DNA of 64,000 nt, taken from the NCBI RefSeq assembly GCF_006345805.1, contig NC_043005.1, positions 99,820,001 through 99,884,000 of the forward strand, in the 5' to 3' direction. The stretch comes from Octopus sinensis (lineage: Eukaryota). The position numbers and the translations under genes are program-made. The notes below the pieces were generated by a model. It had not been told where the DNA came from, did no database searches, and worked only from the letters and a program-made list of their open reading frames with translations. Each line of letters starts with the position of its first letter. The first letter of the stretch is position 1. Positions 24,339 through 37,440 of this stretch are shown here, one piece after another.

Positions 24339-25309
24339 CGAAAGTCTTGCAGAAAATACAGAACCCCAGCGATGTTGCACACCTGCAGCAGGAGTTGGAC
24401 TCAATCTACAAATGGGCTGAGGATAATAATATGCAGTTTAATGCTGAAAAATTCCAGGCCCTGCGTTACCAGCATCCAAAACTGAATATTAAACTTACAG
24501 GATACACTGGTCCACAGGGAATTTCAATCCCAGACCTTAAGTCTGTGAGGGACCTGGGTATCGACATGAGTGAGGATACCTCTTTCCAAGTGCACATTAC
24601 CAGGATGGCGGCAAAGTGCAGACGACTGGCTGGTTGATCCTAAGAACATTCAGAACCAGAGATAAGGAAACCATGATGGTCATCTGGCGGACATTCGTCC
24701 TCAGCCGCCTGGATTACTGCTCACAGCTATGGTCACCCACCAGTGTAAAATTAACAGCGGACCTTGAAGCAATCCAGAGAAGATTCACAAAGAAGATCGT
24801 CTCTTTGCAACAGCTCAGCTACTGGGAAAGGTTGAAACAGCAAAGACTCTACTCCCTGGAGAGAAGACGGGAGAGGTATGCAGTAATATATGTCTGGAAG
24901 ATCCTGGAAGAAATTGTGCCAAATTTTGGCATTGCAAGCTACACCAATGCTAGAACGGGACGACACTGCATCGGGCCAAAGATCCCAGCAATGCCATCAT
25001 GCTTCAGGACCAGCTTCTGCAACAGCCTGGGTTTCAAGGGCCCACAGCTTTTTAATATTCTCCCAAAGAGTCTGAGGAACTTGCACAAAGTAGATGTAGC
25101 TGTTTTTAAATCAAAACTGGACCTCTTCCTGTCAAGAATCCCAGATGAACCTACCACACGGCAAGAGGTGCAAATGAGAGTAGCTATATCAAACTCCATT
25201 CTTCACCAAGTGCCACATATTGGATGAGGTTCTTCGCAATAACAGTGCAGCACAAAACGGCGGTGCATCAGCATGGCCGCAGCTCTGAGCTGAAACTAGA
25301 GCGAAAAAA
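24274..25309 (+). mobile_element. 5'-truncated CR1-group LINE (RT C-terminal part, one frameshift near 24635)
   Basis: SYADDTK, LSRLDYCSQLWSP, YSLERRRERY. 3'UTR hairpin and A-rich tail. Confidence 0.92.
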
Positions 25310-25355
25310 TATATATATATATATATACATATCTATATACATACATATATATACA

Positions 25356-25387
<32 letters not shown>

Positions 25388-25392
<5 letters not shown>

Positions 25393-25510
25393 GCCTGCTC
25401 GCTTAGCCAGCGGGGTGGTGTCATTCGAAGGCTAAAACAATGCGAACGCATTGTGACCAGCGATGTGTAACTACATCTGATGGACTGGTTGGTCACGTGA
25501 TCACGTGATA
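25388..25510. repeat. Unclassified GC-rich interspersed-repeat fragment ending in (ATCACGTG)2
   Basis: CpG-rich 120 bp between microsatellites with a tandem palindromic tail. Confidence 0.45.
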
Positions 25511-26822
25511 TATATATGTACATATCTATATATATATACATATACATATCTATATAAATATACATATATATGTACATATCTATATATATATACATATATA
25601 TGCACATATATATATATATATACATATCTATATATATACATATATATGCACATATATATATATATATACATATCTATATATATACATATATATACACACA
25701 TATATATACATATATATATACATATCTATATATATACATATATATACACATATATAAATACATATATACATATCTATATATATACATATCTATATATATA
25801 TATACATATATATATAGTGGTGATGGTGGTGACGACGGTTGTACACAGTGCCAGTCAATATATAATGGCAAAGTACATATTCTGAGGACTAAAACTTTGA
25901 AAAATACTGAATAAATTAACACATGTGCTTTAGTTGAAGTAATTGCTACATGTTAAGCATTATCATCATAAACGTCAACTCTCAAAAATTTGCTAAGTTT
26001 TTACTAAGAAATGAAATCAAAGACAAAATATTATAGATGTAGATTATAGATTATAGATTCAGTGTTATAGATATAGTATTTACATAGATGTAATATACTA
26101 TTTGTTTAAACATTTGAGTGGGAATGGTTGAGATTCAACTGAAGATAGAAACTATCTAGATACCAATAGAGAGGCAAGTTTTGTCTAGCAAATGTTTCAA
26201 AAAAAGATGGGTGAATGTAGCAAGGATGGCATGTATGACTGATGAAACCACCTTGAGCATAATCTTATGAACCCGGAAAAATTTAAAACAGAGAGTTACT
26301 TGCAAACAAATGTGTTAACATGTGACATTATTGACCTAGGTTACTGTGGTCTTTTCCGTAGGCTTTTCTTTCCACGGATAAACCTTATCTGCTTCCCCCT
26401 TGACACTTTACATCATGACATTTCTGTGATACACGATCCCTATTGATCGATTTTTTTCCCCCTTTTACGAATCCTTTTGATCGAAAATCTACCCCACTTT
26501 TTTTTTCTCCCCAAAAAGAAAAGCTCTACTTTGTAATCTGTCCCGTCTGTGTGCAGCTCTGTGTGGCTAATAAAGAAACAAATCTAGACACCATTAAACA
26601 CAGATGTACAATGAAATAAAGAGATGATGAGTAACTGCTAGAAGAATATCGAGCGAAGACTAATAGCTGGTTGATCCAGTTGGCTGAAACTTTGGGAAAT
26701 GGGAAAGTGGTTCACATTGATCCCAGTTCATAACTGGTACTCATTTCATTGATCCTGAAAGGATGTGTGCTGAATAGTTTCCAAGTAATTCAAAAGTCTA
26801 TACCTTTGCTGACTCAGTGTAG

Positions 26823-27286
26823 GAAGATGAGTACAAACATGTCATACCAACAGAATTTCTCGGTAACAGAACACCCTCAAGCCTATCCAACCATGACTGT
26901 GCTCAAAGTTTGTCCTGTTATGCTTTTATGCAACTTACAAATAAGTTCAATATGGTGACACTGAACTGAAACAAGAACAAGTGTCATCCAATTGATAAAA
27001 GGATTGTTGAATGGGAAATCTTACCTGGAACAATGAAAGTCTTTTAGTCTTCCTGCCATGTTTCCCTGACCATGACAGAAACAAATTCCCTTTCACCGTC
27101 ATCAGGCAACAATTAGAAAAATTATTTTGTAGTGACAATAAATAAGGGCCAGTGAGAATATGTCAGAGGTGGCATCTAACAACTAAAGTCTGTTTTTGCT
27201 CAATGCCAACTGACACTCCAGTACCAAACTCTTCATTGACAATTCCAATGGACTCAGAAAATATTGCTTACAAAGAACTGCTGTAG
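26823..27286 (+). pseudogene. Decayed Helitron/PIF1-type helicase C-terminus
   Basis: Across frameshifts: IPTEFLGNRTPS, LKVCPVMLLCNL, VFLPCFP, FPFTVIRQQ, FVVTINKGQ, SVFAQCQL, ENIAYKELL*. These match the PIF1 motif order PTEFL/LKVGxPVMLLRNL/FAxTINKxQ/VFxHGQL/NxVYxEV. Confidence 0.8.
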
Positions 27287-28609
27287 GCATGTATAGTTGA
27301 CTGTAATATAGCTGTCCAGTTTTTAAATAATTCAAATTAGCTTCTCAAAAATCTTTTAATAACTTTTTCTTGATATTTCACATTATCACATCTCATTTAT
27401 CACAACATTAAGATTGTGATACAATTTCAAAGTTTTTCAAAGCTAATATCACCACAATCGTTGAAAAAATAAATCAACATTTTACAACAACTTCGTAAGA
27501 AGCTTCAACTTTTTAATCATAATTATATCTAAATTATGCAAACATTTTGGAACAGTAACAAGCAATTACTGATGGATTAACAAAGCTTATTCTCAGAAAA
27601 AAAAAACCCTGCAAGATCTGAAGAGTAAATAAAACACAATAAGTTCAATTTTTGACTACTCAAATATTACATTACTTGTACTTTGTATTTGTTATATTCT
27701 TTTTCACATACTGTATGTTCTATGAAAAATTGTCCTTGGTCTTAAACAATATGGCTGGAGCAATGGCTCTGCAAACTTCATGTTAGTATAATTAATGTTT
27801 TGCAGTAAAGTTAGGTTTGTGGCTAAAAGAAACACGGATGGATATGAAATTTTGGATGAACTCTCTTTGTGTGTGTGTATGTGAATGTGTGTGCATGTGA
27901 GTATGTGAAAGAAAGTGAGAGGGATTTAGAAAGAGAGAAAGAGACAGAGACAGAGAAAATGGACGAAGTGTTTAGAAGTTCTGCCATTTATCAAAATATT
28001 TGATATTTTATGTTACATCAACGAATCCGATACTTCTTATTTACCAATGTTATTAGCAATGATTAATTTATAAGTTTCTGCAGGTCAAAATTATCTGCAG
28101 CATCATGATTGTAGAGACCTTGTTTTGCAAACATGAGATTTCAAGCTCAGTCCATCGACTCTGGAAAGTGTCTTCTGCTATAGCCTCTGGTTGACCAAAG
28201 TTTTATAACTGGATTTGGTTGATGAAAATTGAAAGAAACCTCTTGTATTTATTTGTCTGTTTGTCTCTCTATTTATGTATCTTTCTCTTTCCCCCTCACT
28301 CTGTGCATGTATTTGTATCACCTTGTCTTTCATTACATGGTAACTGCAAACAAACATCACTGTTGTACAAGTGAGGATGTTTGTTCATAATCTTTGGAAA
28401 CAGGCCAAGCCATTGTGCTGCTGACATTAAAAGATTAGGGGAAATGTGACTTTGCATGGAAACTGGTGAAGGTTGGCAACAGAAAGGGCATCCAGCCTTA
28501 GAAGAGCTGCCTCAAAGAATTTTGCTAGATCAATGCAAATAGGGGGTAGTGCCTGGCTGGTTGATGACTTTTAATGCCAGCTTACAAAGCTTTTTGGCAC
28601 TTAGTCATC

Positions 28610-28920
28610 GTCGTCGTCATCATCATCATTTAACGTCCGCTTTCCATGCTAGCATGGGTTGGACGATTTGATTGAGGACTGGCGAACCAGATGGCTGCAT
28701 CAGGCTCCAATCTTGATCTGGCAGAGTTTCTACAGCTGGATGCCCTTCCTAATGCCAACCACTCCGAGAGTGTAGTGGGTGCTTTTACATGCCACTGGCA
28801 TGAGGGCCAATCAGGTAGTGCTGGCAATGGCCATGCTCAAATGGTGTTTTTAACGTGTCACCTGCACAGGGGCCAGTCCTGTGGCACTGGCAACGACCTT
28901 GCTCGATTGTTTTTTCATGT
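28610..28920 (-). mobile_element. RTE 3'UTR-only insertion
   Basis: (CAT)n TTTAACGTCCGCTTTCCATGCTAGCATGGG signature. Confidence 0.85.
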
Positions 28921-29873
28921 GCTATTATAGACAACTATTCCTTCTTTCTCTTGTTATGGTTGGAATTGATCTTCCAGAATGCTATAGTTTCTGACTTTTT
29001 GGTTTGATGCTGACTAAGGATCTTTCTTGGAACAAAAATGTTCAGCCTATTGCCATATCAAACGCCAAGAACATTGGATCTCTTTTCCATTCTCACAAAT
29101 TTCTGATGCTTGTACTTTTGTAAGACCTCCTTTCAATCCAGATTTAAAACTTGGTTTCAAATTTTGGCACAAGACCAGGACGTTTTGAGGTGGGTCTTAG
29201 TCAATTACATTGCCCCAATGTTGAAATGGTACTTATTTTATTGACCCTGAAAGGATGAAATTTGGCAGAATTTGAACTCAGAATGTAATGATAGATACCC
29301 AGCATCCTAAAATTTCTGTCAGTTCACTGCTTCAAGCATATCTATCATCTTTGGTCTGGTGTCTTTTCTGAGTGCCTTGACTTACTTGATTGAATTTAAA
29401 ATCAAGTTGTTAATTTACATGGTGGGTCCTCTTCTTTCTACTAGGCTGGAGATTTTTGGTCCATTGATAAAATGTATCTTGGTTGAGTCTTTTCTAGAGT
29501 TATTCCTCTGATGAAATTTCTGGTCTAGTAGCCACTAATACAAACCTTTAAATATATCATATGCTTTTTTTTGCAAGTAAAGTATTTTTCTGTTGAGTTT
29601 CCAGTTAGTCATAAGTTATCTTATTCCAATAAATTCTTTCCTTGAACTGCCATTCTCTGGAGCTCACTACCATTCATTTGTTTTTCTCTGAACTATAACA
29701 TTCAATCCTTTAAAATGTCTGTGTGTCAAACTCATAGGATGCTTCTTTTACCTGTCTTGTAATCCCCTATGCCACAGTGGTCTTGAACTTCTTTGGGACA
29801 AAATCATATAAAAATAAATTTAACACCCATTTTTTACGCTGGTATTGGTTTGACAGTTGTCTAGGGAAAAATG

Positions 29874-29920
<47 letters not shown>

Positions 29921-29925
29921 TAAAT

Positions 29926-29995
29926 ATTGTTATCGCCATATTAATATGGCAGTCTTATAGATATAAGACTGCCATATTAATATGGCGATAACAAT
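29926..29995. repeat. Perfect 34-bp-arm palindrome with 2-nt spacer
   Basis: ATTGTTATCGCCATATTAATATGGCAGTCTTATA-GA-TATAAGACTGCCATATTAATATGGCGATAACAAT. Confidence 0.97.
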
Positions 29996-30054
29996 TAATT
30001 TCCAGTAACGCTGCCTTAATCTCTTTTAGAGAGACTTAGTAATTTTAATATTTC

Positions 30055-30097
<43 letters not shown>

Positions 30098-30997
30098 ATA
30101 TATGTAATAATAATAATAGAAAATTTAGACAAATATGTATAATTAGATTAGCGTGTTTAAATGTTGAGTAGAGCACCAGCACAGTTTAGGCTACATGTTG
30201 TCATTGTTAACTAAGGAGTGCATTATAAATAGATTTACAGAACAATTACCCAGATGCCTACATGCATCTAAACACACATTCATAAATTACAATCTTCACC
30301 ATACCTAACTAATGTAAGCCTAACACCCACAACTCGGACATGTACTTAGACATGTAACTTTACAATCTAGGTGTGTATATATATATATATATAAATTAGA
30401 GAAGAACCACCATGTAGCAATTCAACAATGATATACTTAAGTCACACCATATAGAAAAAAATTAAAGATACGATAAAACATTTACCTAGAACTAAATAAA
30501 GTATGAAATAATAAATAAATAGTATATAATTAGTAAATAGGCTACACGTGTCTTGTGGCTATATTTTCAAATTGATAACAGTAAAATCAATTCAATTTAA
30601 ATATAGTCACTCATCGTGTCCAAGATAAAAACTAGAAAATAATTAAATAAATGTAAATATGTGTATATGAGTATACGTATATGTATGTGTATGTATTTAA
30701 ATATGCTAATATATATAAATATATACATAGAAGAAAAACATTTATAATAATGAACAAGTCACAATTATAACTAAGAGGGTTAGAAAACCCTTACATGTTA
30801 AAAATAGCAGCTGAAACTGCTATAAAACCATTATATAACTCGTATTATTTCTCCTCACAATAAAAAATCTGTCTTCAGGTGACATGGCAAATAGAATCCA
30901 CAACCTGAAAATAACTGGTTAATTCCCTATTGCAATTTTGACGTTAGTTACCTCTTAAGGGACCCATTTGTCTCATCAGGTTAAATATTCCTATAGA

Positions 30998-31133
30998 TAG
31001 AACCACATGGTTCTGGGTTCAGACCCAGTGTGTGGCACCTTGGGCAAGTGTCTTCTACTATAGCCTCGGGCCGACCAAAGCCTTGTCAGTGGATTTTGTG
31101 GACTGAAACTGAAATAAGCCCGTCGTATATATG

Positions 31134-31165
<32 letters not shown>

Positions 31166-31385
31166 CGTATTTGTGTGTCTGTGTTTGTCCCTCCTCCACC
31201 ATCACTTGACAGCCGATGTTGGTGTGTTTGCATCCCTATTACTTAGCTGTTCAGCAAAAGAGACTGATAGAATAAGTACTAGGCTTACAAAGAATAAGTG
31301 CTGGGATCGATTTATTCGACTAAAGGTGGTGCTCCAGCATGGCCATAGTCAAATGACTGAAACAAATAAAATAATAAAAGAATAC
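30998..31385 (+). mobile_element. SINE family A
   Basis: Same body and tail motifs as other family A copies. Confidence 0.9.
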
Positions 31386-31923
31386 ACACACATACACACA
31401 CACATATATATATATATATACATATATATATACCAAGTATGTTAGGGGTTGTGGATCCAACCCACTAAGGGATAATACTTATCCAATATACTGTTGGTAT
31501 AATACCCAAATTATTAATACACAAGTGTTTTTAATAGCAATGCAATAAACTTACTTATTGTATTAAATGGGTGAAGGTAAAGAAATATTTTACCATATAT
31601 ATTAACATATACATCCTGCTTTATTTTTCATGCCATTTTGTTTAATATATTATATATGACTAGTTTAGCACATCAGAGAGAAAACTGCACTGGAGGATAG
31701 GAGTTGAGCGAAGTGGCAAGCAATCAAATTGGAAACACTCTCTAGTGGGAGCAAACAAGAAAGATAAGCAAAAGTTGTGAAACTGATGTCAGGAGTTTAA
31801 ACTTCATGAAAGAGATGATGAAAAACTGCAACAAATGGCAAGATGTTGTACTGTTGATGACTTGTCCAACCCACACAAGCATGGAAAAAATTGATGTAGA
31901 AGGAAGATGCTGATGTATATATT

Positions 31924-31961
<38 letters not shown>

Positions 31962-32754
31962 CTATATTTTTGTATAAAACAAAAGATGATTTGAAAATAA
32001 AAATAGGGGACAGGAAAATGCGATTTTCTAATAACACAGCTGTTTACAAATGCATATTTTATTAAAAGGAAAATTTGTTCATATATTTTTCACTTCTTCT
32101 GGCAGGACACAGTTGGAAATTAAATAATTATTTGCTGTAAAGCAAGGTTTTAGAATTTCTCAAGTAAAATGGATGTTTTCTTTTTTTTCTTTCTTTTTCT
32201 CTTCCATTCTCTCACTCTCTCTTAGATTCTGATAAATCTGCTTTCCAGGGTAGATTTATTCACTCAGCTAGCAAGGCTAGTTTTAACATGGTTAGAAATA
32301 ATATGATTAAGATGAAATATGATTTACTAGAAATTTGATAGTGTAGAAGAATATTAGTTCTTGTTTTTGTTGCCTTGTTTCCATCTATTTTCTGTGTTTT
32401 AGTGAGTGGGATGGTTTATTTGTTGAAAGAATTGTGTTTACAGCTGCATTCTCTTGATATTGTTGACAGCTATGGAATAAGAAGAGCAACTTCTTGTGTT
32501 TCGTAGGTTCAGATACACTGGAGCAAGTAAAGTTACATTGTTTTTGTTGTTTAGTTTTGGGTAAGCCATCACTGAATAGATCAAAGGCATTGCAACCATA
32601 ATATAACAGTAAAGTTTTGATCAGGCATAGTGTATCAAGGACTATATGCTGCAATGTGTTTGTTTTTTAAAATCTGTATTGTGTTATATGAATCAAAATT
32701 TAGCTGCTATTTCCAGGAAATCAAGCAATACTTTAGAGACACCCCAATTGGCTT

Positions 32755-33142
32755 TCTTTTTACTTGTTCCAGTCATTTGACTGTGGTCATGCTGGAGCAC
32801 TGCCTTTAATCAAGCAAATTGACCCCAGGACTTATTCTTTGTAAGCCTAGTATTTATTCTATCAGTCTCTTTTGCCAAACTGCTAAGTTGCAGGGACGTA
32901 AACACACCAGCATTGGTTGTCAAGCAATGTTGGGGGGACAAACACAGACACCAAACATATACACACACACATACATATATACATATATACGACGGGTTTC
33001 TTTCAGTTTCCGTCTACCAAATCCACTCACAAGGCTTTGGTTGGCCCGAGGCTATAGTAGAAGACACTTGCCCGAGGTGGCATGCAGTGGGACTGAACCC
33101 GGAACCATGTGGTTGGTAAGCAAGCTACTTACCACACAGCCT
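32755..33142 (-). mobile_element. SINE family A, full length
   Basis: Same motifs as other family A copies. Confidence 0.9.
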
Positions 33143-33554
33143 GTTTTATCTATTTTGGTCAGCAGCAAAAGTACATTGGCTATGTAGTATTCTTTGAAAT
33201 GAAGGCCATATGAGCAGTGCCCTACATCCGCTGAGCCTTTGTTTCACCATCAGAAGTCAATAATATAAGATTTACAGAAATTATCTTCTGGAAAGCTTTT
33301 GGATGGCCACCTTTTAGTTTCCTACCTGATGATGAACCATGTTTCATGGTTCATGTCCCATGTGGCTTCTTCCTCAAAAAAAAGGTTGTCCATGTCTGTT
33401 CCAAACTTAAACTTATGGAGAAATATATGTAAGATATTTTCCTAGTTGTGAGAAAACAATGAATACATGATTGATTAAAGGAAATATTTTAAAAATTCTA
33501 ATGAAACAAAATTGGAGAAATTCTAATGAAATCATATAAAGTGGAATAATATAT

Positions 33555-34290
33555 CATCATCATCATCATCAGTAGCAGCAGCAGCATCCAGTGTTTTAAA
33601 TCCGGGTTTTGTCCCTGTTTATGGGGGTAGCTGCATCTACCTCAATGCCATAACAACCACCCTCATACCATCTTGCCCAGTTTGGGGCTTCCTTCTTTTT
33701 CAAGCCAACCCTCCCAATCTCCTCCTCCCCCTGTCCCCTCCACATTTTCCTCGGTCTATCTCACTTTCACACTCCGTTTACCTCAAATGCAATCACCCTC
33801 CTCAGAACACGTTCCTCATCCCTCCTCAACACATGCCCATACCACTACCACTCCATTCACCCTTGCCAACCATTCCACCGATACCTCCAACCCCAGCATC
33901 CCCATCAAGTCCTCAGCCCTCCTCTTATCAAACAACTTCACCCCACACATTTCTCTCACCATTGCTCTCTCTCAGTCCTTCTCTAAATTACCATCTCTCT
34001 CTCCCTCAGACACCATGTCTCACTCAACTCTTATAGACCCTTCCTTTCATCTTCAATGAGAACCTTTTCCCAAATAACAACACTCCACATTCCCTGAATT
34101 TCACCCAGCCATGTCTCACTCTTACTGTTACAGCTGTTTCACATCCACCACTTACATCCACCCTATCTCCTAAATAACAAAACCCTCTCACCAATTCCAC
34201 CTCGTCACACAGTGTTTCCACTGGTTCCGCCAGCCCTCCAGCTCCATTCTCACACCTTCCACAAACAAACTCTCTTGCCAGTCCTGGGGT
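33555..34290 (-). mobile_element. 5'-truncated RTE LINE of a second subfamily with its own 3' tail
   Basis: FVCGRC, GFCYLGDRV, GWVKFREC, then SETWC and WYGHVLRR. (GAT/GCT)n tail at about 33555-33590. Confidence 0.85.
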
Positions 34291-34599
34291 CACCTTCTGC
34301 ATTTTCGTACATCTACCGTAAATCCATTTCTCACATAATATTAAACTGTTATGTTGGTAAATATCTCTTATTCAAGCTGATTTTAGAAATATCTGCTTTT
34401 CTTGGGTGTAAGCTTACAGATAAACTTGGTTCTTGATTTTTTTACTTTTTTTCTGTATCTTTTCTTTACCAGAATCCACTCTATTGAGAGCATTTGAACC
34501 AGGTGTCTGGTTCGAGGGTGATTTCTTCCTCTCCACCCTTGAGTCTAGGAAACTGTGTAAAGTTCATGTTCATGGTCTTTTACTTTTTCACTGACTTTT

Positions 34600-35095
34600 A
34601 TCTTCTACATGTTTCAGTTCTTAGACTGTGGCCATGCTGGGGCACTGAAAAATCTTTAGCTGAATTAATCAGCTGCAATACTTATATATATTTTCTTTTG
34701 AGCATGGTACATATTTTATTGGTTTCTTTTGCTGAACTGCTAAGTTACATGGATGTAATCACATCAACAATGGTTGTTAAGCAGTGGTGGAGGACAAATA
34801 CAGACACAAAGACACACATAAATATAAATGACTAACCTTAGGAATGAGAACCCAGGTTTGAAATTTCCCCAAGACACCTGATGAAGGCTGGCAGGTATCT
34901 CAGCCGAAACGTTGTATTGACAACAAACATGATGAGGACAAATATCCGTCAATTGTAAATAATGTAAATAATAGTACTTTAAGCCTAGTACTTATTTTAT
35001 CAGTCTCTTTGGCTGAACTACTAAATTACAGGGACGTAAACACCATCAAGCGATGGTGGAGAGGATAAACATAGACACACAAACAAACACACATT
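34600..35095 (-). mobile_element. Two partial SINE family A 3' halves separated by a hammerhead-unit fragment (about 34836-34972, + strand)
   Basis: SINE text stops at about 34830 and restarts at about 34975. Confidence 0.75.
34873..34918 (+). ncRNA. Minimal hammerhead motif of the tRNA-headed unit
   Basis: GACAC-CUGAUGA-AGGCUG...CAGCC-GAA-ACGU-U-GUAUU, with one stem I mismatch. Confidence 0.7.
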
Positions 35096-35120
35096 TATAT
35101 ATATATATATATATATATAT

Positions 35121-35528
35121 ACAACTTATGAATAAGGGCAAACGAAAAAATTTCTAATGCCAAATATGCCGAAAATTGGACATATTGTCCATTACCATAT
35201 AATTTTTCACAATACGCACGCTACTCGAAAAAAAGCCAACAGAAATTTCTAAAAAAATTCCATTATTACCATATCACTTCTTCCATGGGTATGAGTAAGT
35301 ATCTCATTTATTTCTTTGCCACATTTATCACTGACGAAGGGAGGGTTCTTATGGACTAACCCTGAAATCGGTCCGATATGGTAATAATGGAAATTTTTAG
35401 AAATTTCTGTCGGCTTTTTTTCGAGTAGCGTGCGTATTGTGAAAAATTATACGGTAATGGACAATATGTCCAATTTTCGGCATATTTGGCATTAGAAATT
35501 TTTTCGTTTGCCCTTATTTATAAGTTGT
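35121..35528. repeat. Inverted repeat with about 155-bp arms around a 100-bp hammerhead-containing spacer
   Basis: 35121-35275 is the reverse complement of 35375-35528 with few mismatches. Confidence 0.95.
35326..35378 (+). ncRNA. Hammerhead motif with CpG-type decay
   Basis: UAUCA-CUGACGA-AGGGAGGGUU...AACCCU-GAA-AUCGGU-C-CGAUA, GUC site at 35371-35373. Confidence 0.65.
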
Positions 35529-36171
35529 TTATAATTTTAACCTTTAAAGGTATTTTTAATATGCTGGCCATTGATAAAATTTTTTTTTAGAAAAAAATTT
35601 TATCCTACATTAAATATATAAATATATATACATATATATTCATACAACAGGCTTCCTTTAGTTTCCGTCTACTAAATACACTCACAAGGCTCTGGTTAGC
35701 CCGTGGCTATAGTAGAAGACACTTGCCCAAGGTGCCATGCAGTGGGACTGAACCCAGAACCATGTGATTGGTAAGCAAGCTACTTACCATACAGCCACTC
35801 CTGCACCTATGTATATAAATGTTTATAATAAAGAGTACATCCACAGAATTTATTTTATAGTTATATACAGCATATTATAATCACCCATACATATTCCTGC
35901 TTCAGCAAAGAGTACACGAAATTACCCATCAGAAGGATTCACGGAGTGACTAACAGCAATTTGTAGTCACAGACATAAATACTGATCACTGTGGTTAGCC
36001 ATTAACTGGAACTCAACTGAGAGCTGATACGGTATCTTCCCAGATAATATACCCCTCCAAACTCACTTTTATACACACATAGCCACACACACATTCATAC
36101 ATATATATATGTATGTATATATATATTCATGTATGCATGTGTGTAAGTCTTTGTGTACATACATACACTTT

Positions 36172-36498
36172 GCTCTTTTACTCTTTTACTTGTTTCAGTC
36201 ATTTGACTGTGGCCATGCTGGAGCATTGCCTTTAGTCGAGCAAATCGACCCCAGGACTTATTCTTTGTATGCCTAGTACTTATTCTATCAGTGTCTTTTG
36301 CCGAACAGCTAAGTTACAGGAATGTAAATACACCAGCATCAGTTGTCAAGTGATGTTGGTGGGGGGGGGGATACAGACACACAAACACATACACACACAC
36401 ATATATACACATATATACGACAGGCTTCTTTCAGTTTCCGTCAACCAATTCCACTCACAAGGCTTTGGTTGTCCCAAGTCTATAGTAGAAGACACTTG
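36172..36498 (-). mobile_element. SINE family A, head truncated
   Basis: Same motifs. A separate head half lies at about 35645-35787. Confidence 0.85.
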
Positions 36499-36557
36499 CA
36501 TATATATATATATATATATGTGTGTGTATGTATATATATATATATATATACACACAC

Positions 36558-36638
<81 letters not shown>

Positions 36639-36909
36639 GGTAAGCAGCATAATTGTCAGAAATAAAATGTGAGGAATAAGACAGGTGAGTAGAGGCCATA
36701 TCATGAGTGTGGACCGTAAATAGTAGCAATGTAGCTCTCCCAATGCATTTTATATCACAGGTGAGATCGGGGGATAAATGGGAAACCCAAACAGTTATAA
36801 GTCAGTCAGATTAGAAAAAGAAAAGGAGAAATAAGAAATAAATGAAAACTAGTTGAAAGAAACTTTTTTAAAGAATTGGGTAATTTTTAGAAAAAAATGT
36901 ACTTTGGAA

Positions 36910-37440
36910 AATGTGGTGGCAAAGTCCAAGGAGTTATTACCTTTGTTGGCAACATGAGGGATTGTCTTTTTAAGTCGAGGGTGCATTGTATGGTACCTGT
37001 GTATCAAGTGTAATGTTGCATGATAATGTAACACGGGCCATAAACGAAAAGAGTGTTCAGTGGCTGGAAAGGAAGAAGGTGAGAATGTTCTGGATGTGTG
37101 ATGTAAGGAAGCATGAATGACAGATTAGAAATGATCTGAGAGAAAGGTGGATATGTGAGGAATTAGAAGCAGGATACAAAAGGGAAGACCGGGCTAGCAT
37201 AGATATGTGATGCGTATGGAAGATGTTAGTAGAGTATGGAAGTGCTAAGTCATTTAAGAAGAAGAAGAGGAGGAGAATGGAAGAAGATAGTGGAAAAAGT
37301 GGTGAAAGATGATGCTTGGAGGTTGACTCCCATAAAGAAAATGACAGAGGACTACACCTAGTCACAAGATATTGAACTGGCAAAAACACCTGTCCAACCC
37401 ATGCAAACTTGAAAAAATACATGTTAGATGATGATAATGC
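36910..37440 (+). mobile_element. Old RTE C-terminal remnant
   Basis: Degenerate match to WAKFRELLPLL...VMLH, followed by an RTE-type tail CCAACCCATGC...GATGAT. Confidence 0.65.

Noticed and set aside
30950-30982. Minus-strand CTGATGA-GAC..GTC
   Set aside because: No GAAA half of the core. A similar partial match at about 26238 was also rejected.
33326-33356. CTGATGA followed by the hairpin TGAACCATG-TTT-CATGGTTCA
   Set aside because: No GAAA after the stem and no helix III or cleavage triplet.
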